Shown here: positions 53,555-64,000 of the stretch, one piece after another | How the letters are laid out: every line of letters begins with the position of its first letter | How positions within the stretch are numbered: position 1 is the stretch's first letter | NCBI RefSeq assembly: GCF_963921235.1 | Contig: NC_086097.1 | Location: forward strand, 165,356,001-165,420,000 | Reading direction: 5' to 3' | DNA from: Mobula hypostoma | Lineage: Eukaryota | Length of the DNA: 64,000 bases | Notes under the pieces: generated by a model | Told to the model about the DNA's origin: nothing | The model's input: only the letters and a program-made list of their open reading frames with translations | The model's database searches: none | Program-made: the position numbers and the translations under genes

Positions 53555-54300
53555 TGGTGTCATGATAACAACCTTTCCCTCAATGTCAGTAAAACAAAAG
53601 AACCGCTCATTGACTTGAGGATGGTGGCTAGTGCTGTTGTTCCTGTTTACATCAATGGTGCTGAAGTTGAGAGTTTCAAGGTCCTCAGAGCAAACATCAC
53701 CATGGCCAAAAAACCTCACCAATGCCTCTACTTCTTCAGGAGACTAAAGATATTTGGAATGTCCCACTTGACCCTCACTAATTTTTATCAGTGCACCATA
53801 GATGCATCCTATCCAGATGCTTCACAGCTTGGTATAACAACTCATCTGCCTGTGACCGAAAGAGATGGCAAACAATTGTGGACACAGCTTACCACATCAT
53901 GGAAACCAGCAGACCCTCTATGGACTCTCATCTACATTTCTGGCTGCCTTAGGAAAGCAGTCAGTATAAACAAAGACCTCACTCACCCCTGACATTCTCT
54001 CTTTCCCCACCTCCCATTGGGCAGAAGGTACAAAAGCCTGAAAGCATGTATCACCAGGCTCAAGGACAGGTTCACTAATACAACAAGACACATCATTGAT
54101 CCTCACAATTTACCTCATTATGACATTGCACCTTATTGTCTACTTGTATTGCACTTGCTCTGTAACTGTGACATTTTATTCTGCACTCTGTTATTGTTTA
54201 AACCTCATACTAACTTAATGTGCTTTTGTAATAACTGTATGAACAGTAAGCAAGTTTATCATTGTACCTCAGTACATATGACAATAATAAATGAATTTAC
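53555..54300 (+). mobile_element. Rex1/Babar-like LINE 3' fragment
   Basis: INGAEVESFK...QCLYFFRRLKIFGMS...TNFYQCTI in ORF 53615-53992. Confidence 0.75.
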
Positions 54301-55779
54301 CAATCATTGTTGGCTGCAAATTTACTAATACCAATTTCAGATTTATTAATAAATTTCAACTTTCAAACTTTGAACATCTGCTGTTAATTGATTTGCTGTA
54401 GAATATATCATTGCTCGACATTTTCTCTCCTTAAACCGATTTTTATATATTTCCCCCCAAACTACAAGCATCCAGGTCTATGAGATTGATGTTGAATGCC
54501 TGGAGTCTTGTAGATTGTCAATATCCCCATTGGAGGAGAGTTTTTAATATACGTGATCATATTGTAAGGGAAGGAAGTAATAATCGATATCAAGGAGCAA
54601 GTTAAAGAGAGGGAGAGAGTTTGAAGGGAAGGAATCTAATGGATGCAACTGTAAGATACCTAAGGTCGGTATCTCAGATTTTGGAGGGTTATAGCACATA
54701 AGGAGGCTGTCAAAATCGAAGTCGAGTATATTGTCACATCCACAAATACACGTGCAATGAAAAACTTAATTACAGCAGCAGCATCACTGGCACATAGTAA
54801 CAGATAAGCAACATTCACAATAACATAAAATAAGCGTACATCACAAGAAAGAACGGCAACATTTTAAAATCAATTAGTTACCAGGTTACGAGCGAATTTC
54901 GGACTGTAAGCCCAACATTCCACAGAATTCTGGAAGTAGTACTGTAATGAGAAGCGTTTTGACTATTTAGGCTGGCGGGGGGCGCAGAATAGAGTGGCTG
55001 AGCATAGAAGTAACAAGGGGAACAATTAATTTGAGGTAGTGCCAGTTATAAGGAATATTATGGAGGTTGAAAGTGGTATTCTAGGCAATGGAGAGAACAG
55101 GGGGTTGAAAACCAAGAAGATTGGTGGCGATAACAATTTTGGCAGCACTATTGTTGTTTTGCGTTTCCAATCCAAAATACAAAAAAAACTAAACTCGTCC
55201 TAGAAAAATAAACCTATTTTTGTAAACGTACCATCTTGCTTCTCAGAAAGAAACTAAGAAGTATATTGTAGATTTGACCAACAGTCTAATTTGTTTCTCA
55301 TTAGACTGTAGATGCTGGGATCTGCAGCGACAAATACTCTGCTGAGGAATGCGATAGGTCAAACAGATCGGTGGAGAGACAAGGATAGACAAGGTTTCGC
55401 GATGAGACCGTGACTCTGGAATGCGTCCAGACGAAGAGTCTCGAGCCGAACCGCTGATTATCCAATTTCATCCACTGATGCTGTCTGATCCGTTGAGTTC
55501 CAGATAGCAGAACTCCGCCCGAGCAACTCAGCGGGTCTGTAGAAATGCTCCATGACGATGCAGCATCTGTGGAAGAAGGAACGAAACTTTGTCGACGTTT
55601 CGGGTCTAAATTCTGCATCGAGACTCCCTGTTTGGGATTTCATCCCACACTGTGGTTGGCGTGATAATCCTTTGCCGAATTAGAAACCGAGATAACAAAA
55701 CAGGAAAACAAAAGGGAAAACTCAACCAGGTTAGAACCATCCCTGCACAAGCTCTCCCTGCATTGTTCCCAGGTTGTGT

Positions 55780-56600
55780 TGCTGTAGAAGAGGAGGCGGG
55801 ATTTTGTTTCCTCCCCCTCCTCCCCGCCTGCGCTGTACCCAGCAGGGACTCGCTTCGCAGCGCAAACATATGAAATCTTCACCGACTGACTTAAAAGAGT
55901 TGCTTTACTTTTGCTTTACATAAATTGTTGTTGTACTCACTTTACGAAAAAGCGAGGCGCCCCGGGACTGCAAACGGGGGGTAAGTTTGAGAAAAGAAGA
56001 ACCAATACTTTTAAGAGTTGGTAGAGAAGTTGAACACAGTTTAGCGAGCCTTCGCAATGGCTGGAGTGTTTGGGGGGGGGGAGCATTGTGTTGGGAGAGT
56101 GAAATACGGTTAAAGGAGGACAGGGGTTCGCCGGGATTAGGTCTGGACGGTTTCTTTCGTCGGGGTCTCCAAAGCCCTTCGGTGCTGGAGACGTTCCCGC
56201 ACCGTGAGCAACCTCCCCCACAGTTTGGAGACGCTGCACCCCACAACCCTCCGTGTTTTCATGTAAGTCGTAATTTTTTTGGAAGATTGAGGGCAATGGA
56301 TTCAATCCGCGGGGGAGACCGTGTTCCGTGGAACCGATCTGGGACTCGAGATGGTCTTCAGGCAGGGTGACGGCACTGGCGAACCGAGCGGGGCGGTGGG
56401 CGGGAGATCGTCCTTCCTCCGCCCCGATCGCCGTCCTCAGCCCGTGCACGGTCCGGCCCAAGATGTACGCAGGAACAAAACACTGGCTGGCCGTCCACTG
56501 CAGTGTTGCTTCCGAATTGCCCTGTTGGTCGGGGAAGGAACCGCGGCAGAGGGTCAGTGTGAGTGAGGGCAACCTCTGTCTCCCCCACGGAGACATAGTC
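55780..56600 (+). promoter_or_regulatory. TWSG1: CpG-rich island: putative TWSG1 promoter and non-coding first exon(s)
   Basis: Sharp rise in GC and CpG content, GC-box-like motifs (CCCCGCC, GGGGCGG) and consensus GTAAGT donors at 55981 and 56263. Lies 4-5 kb upstream of the TWSG1 ATG exon. Confidence 0.6.
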
Positions 56601-56639
56601 TTCAGGCATGGTGTTGAACGCACTCCTGACCAACCTACC

Positions 56640-58675
56640 CTTCCTCGAGCCCACCACCCCTACCCCATTACTCTCGCCCCTTTTCCCCTCATTTCTCCCC
56701 TCCCCTCCCTTTCTTCTCACCCCTCCCCCTCCCTTTCCCTTCACCCCCTCTCCCTTCCTCCCCTCACCCCCATCCCCTCATCCCCTCTCCCTTCCTCCCC
56801 TCCATCCCCTCATCCCCCTCCCCTCCATCCCCTCATCCCCCTCCCCTCCATCCCCTCATCCCCCCTCACCTCCCTCCCCACCCTCCTCTCCTCTCCCCCA
56901 CCCTCCTCTACTCTCCCCCTCCCCTACCCCTCTTCATCGCTCCTCTCCTCTCCCCTACCCCTCCTCTCCTCTCCTCCCTACCCCTTCTCTCCTTTACCCT
57001 CCCCTACCCCTCCTCTCCTTTCACCTACCTCTCCCCTCCCCCTCCCCTTCCTCTCCCCTCCCCCTCCCCTTCCTCTCCCCTCCCCCTCCCCTTCCTCTCC
57101 CCTCCCCCCTCCCCTCCCCTCCCCTTCTCCTCCCCTCCTCTCCTCACCCCACCCCTCCTCTCCTCTGCCCCTCCCCTTCTCCCCTCTCTCCCTCCCCGCT
57201 CTCTCCCCCCTCCCCTCCCCCTCTCCTCTCCCCTCTCCCCTCCCCTCCCCTCCCCCTCTCCCCTCCCCCTCTCCCCTCCCCTCCCCCTCTCCCCCCTCCC
57301 CTCCCCCTCTCCCCTCTCCCCTCCCCCTCTCCCCTCTCCTCCCTTCTCTCCCCCCTCCCTTCTCTCCCCCTCCCTTCTCTCCCCCTCCCTTCTCTACCCT
57401 CTCTCTTCTCTACCCCCCTCCCTTCTCTACCCCCTCCCTTCTCTCCCCCTCCCTTCTCTCCCCTCCCCTCTCTCCTCTCTCCCCTCTCTCCCCTCTCCCC
57501 TCCCCTCCCCTCCCCCTCTCCCCTCCCCCTCTCCCCTCCCCTCCCCCTCTCCCCCTCCCCCTCTCCCCCTCCCCTCTCCCCCCTCCCCCTCTCCCCTCTC
57601 CCCTCCCCCTCTCCCCTCTCCTCCCTTCTCTCCCCCCTCCCTTCTCTCCCCCTCCCTTCTCTCCCCCTCCCTTCTCTCCCCCTCCCTTCTCTCCCCCTCC
57701 CTTCTCTCCCCCTCCCTTCTCTACCCCCCTCCCTTCTCTACCCCCTCCCTTCTCTCCCCCCTCTCTACCCCCTCCCTTCTCTCCTCTCTCCCCTCACTCC
57801 CCCTCCCCTCCCCTCTCTCCCCTCTCTCCCCCCTCTCCCCCTCCCCTCCCCTCTCTCCCCTCCCCTCTCCCCCCTCCCTTCTCTCCCCCCTCCTACCCCC
57901 TCCCTTCTCTCCTCTCTCCCCTCACTCCCCCTCCCCTCCCCTCTCTCCCCCCTCCCCCTCCCCTCCCCTCTCTCCCCTCCCCTCTCTCCCCTCCCCTCTC
58001 TCCCCTCCCCTCTCTCCTCTCTCCCCTCACTCCCCCTCCCCTCCCCTCTCTCTCCTCTCTCCCCCTCTCCCCCTCCCCTCCCCTCTCTCCCCTCCCCTCT
58101 CTCCCCTCCCCTCTCTCCCCTCCCCTCTCTCCTCTCTCCCCTCACTCCCCCTCCCCTCCCCTCTCTCTCCTCTCTCCCCCTCTCCCCCTCCCCTCCCCTC
58201 TCTCCCCTCCCCTCTCTCCCCTCCCCTCTCTCCCCTCCCCTCTCTCCTCTCTCCCCTCACTCCCCCTCCCCTCCCCTCTCTCTCTCCCCCCTCTCCCCTC
58301 CCCTCCCCTCTCTCCCTCCCCTCTCTCCCCTCCCTCTCTCCCTCCCCTCTCTCCCCCCCTCTCTCTCTCTCCCTCACTCCCCCTCCCCTCCCCTCTCTCT
58401 CCTCTCCCCCTCTCCCCTCCCCTCCCCTCTCCCCTCCCCTCTCTCCCCTCCCCTCTCTCCCTCCCCTCTCTCCCTCCCCTCTCTCCTCTCTCCCTCACTC
58501 CCCCTCCCCTCCCCTCTCTCTCTCTCTCCCCCTCTCCCCTCCCCTCCCCTCTCTCCCTCCCTCTCTCCCTCCCCTCTCTCTCTCTCTCCCCCTCTCCCCT
58601 CCCCTCCCTCTCTCCCCTCCCCTCTCTCCCCTCCCTCTCTCCCTCCCTCTCCCCTGCACCCTGCACCCCCCCACC
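56640..58675. repeat. ~2-kb homopyrimidine (C/T) low-complexity tract with internal higher-order duplications
   Basis: Almost only C and T on the + strand. Recurring units CCCTC, CCCCTCT, the 15-mer CCCTCCCTTCTCTCC and blocks marked by CTCACTCCCC. Confidence 0.97.
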
Positions 58676-59261
58676 ACCACCACCTTCCAAATATGGTGTG
58701 TATTCTGGATGCGTTGAGAACCAGGTGTCACTCTCTCATGTCAGGTCGCGCCTGCTTAGGCTGAGACACGAAGAATTATATTCATCCACAGAAGATCTAT
58801 GCTGAAGTTTTGAAACTCTCATTGGGTTCTTTGAAGAAAGGCATCAGTGAGCATTTGGTTATTAAAGGAAATGGGAGATTTTGGGCAGGGCAAGACACAA
58901 ACTGCCGGAAGCACTCAGCAGGCCATACGGCATCTGTGGAATTATATAGACAATTGACATTTCGGCTCAAGACCTTTCACCTAGACCCATTATGGAGCCC
59001 TATTGGGATAGAGGGGATAGGGCAGGAAACAGATATATATGCTGGATACATGGTTGTGATCTTACTGAATCACTGATCAAGTATGAGGGGGTAGGTGAGT
59101 GTGTTGCAGCTTTTTCCTTGTGCACCACCTGGGCCTTCTCTTCCTGCCCCATCTACACTTCTGCAGTACAGTTCTTTGAGAATAGCAGGCACCTGAGGAG
59201 TGGGCTCAGATTGCTGGTCGGTCAGAATGTGTGCCTGGAATCTGCTAATCCTTGCTTGCAT

Positions 59262-60268
59262 TACAAGCTGCCTTGTGCAGCTGGATCTTGGACTTCCTGT
59301 CAGATCGCCACCTGTTGGTAAGAGTGGGCTCCCTCACCTCCACACCTCTGACTCTCAATTTAGGAGCCCCTCAGCACTGTGTACTAAGTCCCCTCCTTTA
59401 CTCCCTGTATAGCCATGACTCTGTCGCCGCCCACAGCTCTAATCTGCTAATTAGATTTGCCAACGACACTACGTTGATTGGCCTAATCTCAGACAATAAT
59501 GAGGTGGCCTACAGGGAAGAAGTCATCTCTCTGACACAGTGGTATCAAGAAAAAAGTCTCTCCCTCAATATGCAAAACCAAAGGAGCTAGCTGGTTGTGG
59601 ATTACAGGAGGAATGGAGACAGGCTAACCCCTATTGACATCAATGGATCTGGGGTTGAGAGGGTAAACAGCTTTAAGTTCCTTGACATCCACATCACCAA
59701 GTACTTCACGTGGTCTGTACAAACCAGCTGTGTGGTGAAAAAGGCATAACAGCGCCTCTTTCACCTCAGACAGTTGGGGAAGTTTGGAATGGGCCCCTAA
59801 ATCCTAAGATCCATAGGGGCACAATTGAGAGCATCCTGACTGGCTGCATCACTGCCTGGTATGGGAACTGGCCTTCCCTCAATCACAGGACTCTGCAGAG
59901 AGTGGTGCGGACAGCCCAGCGCATCTGTAGTTGTGAACTTCCCACTATTCTGGGCATTTACAAAGACAGGTGTGTAAAAAGGGCCCAAAGAATCATTGGG
60001 GACCCAAGTCACCCCAACCACAATCTATTCCAGCTGCTACCGTCTGGGAAATGGTACCGCAGCATAAAAGCCAGGACCAACAGGCTCAGGGACAGCTTCT
60101 TCCACCAGGCCATCAGACTGTTGAACTCATGCTGATTTGAGTGTATTCTATGTTACATTGTCTGTTCTGTTTATTATAAATTAATATGATTGCACATTGC
60201 ACATTTAGATGGAGATGTAATGTAAAGATTTTTACTCTTCATGTCAGAAATAAAGTCAATTCAATTCC
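59262..60268 (+). mobile_element. Rex1/Babar-like LINE 3' part
   Basis: [35 protein letters not shown] and TIESILTGCITAWYG; tail aataaagtcaattcaattc. Confidence 0.88.
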
Positions 60269-60449
60269 AGTGGCAGACAGATAGGGTCACTCAGTTGATG
60301 GTTTTGTTGAGTGCACAGTATTGTGCATCATACAGTCCTTCTTTAAATAACATAGCTCAGAAATATAAATACGTTGAATTTAAATTGTGTGTCATCTGGT
60401 GAAATGCTTCTTTTTTTTATTGTTGTAGCAATCCACACTGCATATCATA

Positions 60450-60646
60450 AGAACAGAAAATGCTGGAAATACTCAAGGGGTCAGGCAGCATCCATTGGAA
60501 GGGAGCAGTTAACATTTCACGTTAATGGCCCTTCAGCAGAACCTAGAGCCTTTGACCTGAAACATGAACTATGTTTCTCTTCTCACAGAAGCAGCCTGAT
60601 CTCCTGAGTACTTACAGCATTTTCTGCTTTTACTTTAGTTTTCCAG
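60450..60646. mobile_element. Old palindromic (head-to-head) Penelope-end-derived repeat
   Basis: cagaaaatgctggaaatactca...tcaggcagc on the left and gcagcctga...tgagtacttacagcattttctg on the right form an imperfect inverted repeat. Confidence 0.6.
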
Positions 60647-60771
60647 AATGTGTAGTAGTTATTAAATTTTCTGTGTATGAATTCTCTGTACCTCTTTACA
60701 ATTGAACTTCCTTTGCATCCCCTCCAGTGCAGCTTGGCAGTCCCGGGCATTGATAGTTTCATTCGAGAAAG

Positions 60772-60897
60772 ATGAAGCATTCCCAAAGTGTTGCAGTATT
60801 GATATTTGCTACAATATTTTTCGTCAGTTGGATCACCAGTGCCAGGGCATGCAACAAGGCTTTATGTGCTAGCGATGTTAGCAAGTGCCTCATTCAG
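60772..60897 (+). CDS. TWSG1: TWSG1 (twisted gastrulation BMP modulator) first coding exon: MKHSQSVAVLIFATIFFVSWITSARACNKALCASDVSKCLIQ
   Basis: Signal-peptide-like hydrophobic N-terminus followed by CNKALCASDVSKCLIQ. Pyrimidine tract plus CAG acceptor ending at 60727, gtaggt donor at 60898. Syntenic with ANKRD12; too short for the ORF track. Confidence 0.95.
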
Positions 60898-61639
60898 GTA
60901 GGTTGACCATTAAATCACTGCAATCATAATTGGTGTAAAGACTCATCATCTTCAGCTTAAACTTTAATCTAATTGGGTATGGTCTGGACTCCCCACATGC
61001 ATAGTCATAGGTTGACAGTCCTGAGAGAGTACTGCACTGGCAGGAGTTCAAGTGAGAAGTTAAACAGAAAGGACCTTACCTCACCCTGGTGTGATAGATT
61101 TCATGGCACTGTTTGAAGAGGAACAGGAGAGATATTTCCAGTCTACATTTACCTCTGAACCATCATCACTGAAGCATTTGATCTGCTCATAATGACATAA
61201 CTCTTCAGTGAAGCTTACAGGGCACTGCTTACCTCGATGTCTGCAGTACTTCGTAGGATATAAAGCACTTTGGGTGGTCTTGAGGATGTGAATAATACAA
61301 TAGTATTACTTTCCTCGCAGGCTGAGCATTAGAACTGAGCTGAAGTTCCTGTTATGTAAACCTAAACATCATCTGTGGAGGAATCCTATTTAAGCCTAAT
61401 CATATACCGTCTCGTAGCTAAAATATAAAATTTCTATGGGGATGAGTTGTGTTAAGAATTAAGTATTTCTGTTTCGTAATCTACAAATGAAACGTGTGTT
61501 TTTTGTCATTTGTGTTAACATCAGGCAGTCTTCAATGTGCATTTTAATGCAAGGTTATATATTATCTTTGGACATCACCTCTTACTTAGCTTTGAGCTTG
61601 GATCCCACTGAGGAAGATCAGGCCATTCTCTCCTACACC

Positions 61640-63060
61640 ATCACCATCTTCCCTCTACATCTTCCAACCTCATTGTTCCCCGTCCCCGTACTGCTCATTT
61701 CTACCTCTTACCCAAGGTCCACAAACCCAGAAGGCTCGTCATTTCTGCCTGCTCCTACCCCACTGAACTGAACTCATGCCCTCATATCCTAACTCCGTCT
61801 TATCCCCTTCCGTTCCATCCCCTCCCACCTGCATCTGTGACACTTCATCAACTTCCACTGCCCTGGCCCCAACCACTTAATCTTCACCATCAGCGTCCAG
61901 TTCCGGTGCACTTCTTTCCCCCAAGTGGAAGGCCTCAGTGCTCTCTGCTTCTTTCTGGATAACAGACCCAACCAGTTCCCCACCAACATCACCCTTCTCT
62001 GTTTGGTGCCATTAGTTCTCATCTTCTGCAACCTGATCTGTCTGTCTGTATCCCAGGAGTCAAATTATTCTCTGATATCCTTTAACAGTGTGACTCTCAC
62101 CACTCCCTCCTGGGCCCCCAGTCATTTACTAGGATGCAATTCCATTCTTGTTTCCTCTGCCTCTTCTGCATCTATTCTCATGAGACTTTCTATTCAGAAA
62201 GTGGAGTTCCCCCTCCTCCCACTGTTAACAAGGTAAACACTACTTGCATCTCTTGTATTTCCCACAAAACTGGTATTGTCCAATCACCCCCAGACATAAT
62301 AGGGGTAGTTCCCCTTGTCCTCACCTATCAGGTGTGGCCTCTTCTATATTGGTGAGACCCAACACAGACGGGGGAATTGCATTGTTGAGCACCTATACCC
62401 CGTCTGCCTTAACAGCCAGCGTCTCCTGGTGGCCAGTCTTTTTAATTCCACTTCCCATTCCCACACAGACATGTCTGTACACAGGTTCCTCCACAGTCAA
62501 GGTGCAGGTGAGAGGAACCGCACCCTGTATTCCACCTTTGTAGGCAGGAACATCCATTTCTTCAACTTCCCTTAGTCCCTATCCTCCCACCCCTTATTTT
62601 CTCTTGTCTCATTGGTCCCAAAGCCCTTCTCTTTTCCCTCCAGCCTTTCCATCTGCCCATCACCCACACCTTCACCTTTTTCTCTTCAGCTTATGTCCTT
62701 ACCCCCTTCTCTTTTCCATGGGACACTGTCCTCTCTTCTATCAGGTTCGATCTTCTTCAGTCCTTTGAGTCTTCCAACAATCATCTCCCAGCTTCTTGCA
62801 TCATTCTCACTCCCTTCTCCCCCACCTGCCTATCTTCCCTCTCTTGCTCACCACCGCTCATCACCTGCCACTCACCAGCTCTTGCTCTAACCCTTCCCCA
62901 GGTGCTTTTATACCGGCTGTTGTCCCTCTTTCTTAAGAGTCCTGATGAAGGGTCTCGACCCAAAACATTGACTGGCCATTTCCCACTATAGATGCTGCTT
63001 GACATGCTGAATACCTCTAGCATTTTTTGTGTTCCACCAGATTTCCAGTACCTTCAGGTT
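61640..63060 (+). mobile_element. Degenerate Penelope-like element (RT remnants, GIY-YIG, 3' UTR with hammerhead motif)
   Basis: VVPLVLTY and CGLFYIGET...EH...FNS. AGTC-CTGATGA-AGGGTCTCGACCC-AAAACATT-GACT at 62938-62973. Confidence 0.8.
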
Positions 63061-64000
63061 CATATCTATTGAAAATAATTTTCTTTGGCTCAGTTTTGTA
63101 GATGAACATCAATACCAGATATCTTCAATTAAGTTGGAACTTACAGTGAAATTTCTGTGGTCTTCTGCATGCTTTTGGTGTTATAAAATCAGGCTCAGTA
63201 ACAAAACAATTCAAACTGGGTTAATATTGGAATCTGGGATTTGTTGCACAAACAACTTTGAAACCAGTTTTCACCAAGTTTTTTGAGGCAGCCTCAACTG
63301 AGTGGTTAAAGAAGCACTGGCAGGCATGTTTTGATTTCGGAAGGTATTTGACAACATGCCTTTTGAAGGATAAAGTCACAGAATTTGAGCACATGATTTT
63401 GGAGGTGTCTTAGTGACATGGATAAAGATTTTGCTAATGAGCAGGAAAAACACAAGAAAATAGGTGTCCCTCAAGCCTAACTTGCCATTTCTTGTGAATG
63501 TGGCCTTAGCTCTTCTGTGCAGTATCTCTGTAGCTCTCAGTTCCCTGAACTTCCAAAAAGTTAAAAAGTCAGAGTCTACGCTATTAACCTCTTTAAAGGC
63601 TCAAGTAATCTAGCCTCCACAACCTTCCAGATTAGAGAATTCCATATGTTCTCTACTCTCTGTCAGAAGAAATTTGTTGTAAATGACTGTCACATTATCT
63701 TGTAACTATGTTCCCTTATCGAAGACTCTCTCATCATTGGGAACACCTCAGCAGGTACCTTATCATATCCCCTTAGGATCTTGCAAGTTTTAATAATGTC
63801 GCTCCTCATTCCTGTAAATTCCAAAGAAAGTTGCTCATAACTGTATCACCTTTTCACTTAAGAAATTAGCCTGATGAACTCCGATGCTACTACATCGTTG
63901 TATATGGGGACCAAATTCTCCAGGTGTTGCCACTTGTAACAGTACCTTTCTATTTCTAACTTCACCCCCTTACGATAAAGGCAAATATACCATATGTTTG

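Noticed and set aside
55905..56623. ORFs across the CpG island (113-228 aa)
   Set aside because: GC-rich, stop-poor sequence with no recognisable protein similarity.
56328..58805. Long Pro/Ser/Leu-rich ORFs (825 and 718 aa) and Gly/Glu/Arg-rich antisense ORFs
   Set aside because: Artefacts of a C/T-only tract that cannot contain stop codons; several frames on both strands are open.

Overview
Eukaryotic, intron-rich vertebrate DNA. The repeat landscape (HE1/V-SINE-like SINEs, CR1, Rex1/Babar, Penelope-like elements) suggests a cartilaginous fish, probably a ray; this is inference. The window holds the last nine coding exons and 3' UTR of ANKRD12 (+, 915-36991, about 2030 codons with all splice phases consistent). 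A transposon-filled intergenic stretch follows. After it come a CpG-rich putative promoter/non-coding first exon and the first coding exon of TWSG1 (+, 60772-60897), the same ANKRD12-TWSG1 order as in other vertebrates. The most unusual items are: (1) a 1.1-kb internally deleted HERO/Zebulon-like non-LTR retroelement with ~150-bp direct terminal repeats, a structured 3' UTR and an in-frame zinc-finger/endonuclease-tail fusion ORF, nested in a Tigger-like transposon; (2) many Penelope-derived minimal hammerhead ribozyme motifs, including tiny ~95-130-bp retroposed copies with target-site duplications; (3) a mariner-type MITE with four nested TIR copies inside a near-full-length CR1, which is itself inside a twice-interrupted CR1; (4) a ~2-kb almost pure C/T tract in the putative first intron of TWSG1. 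Family assignments come from motif recognition by eye, not database searches.
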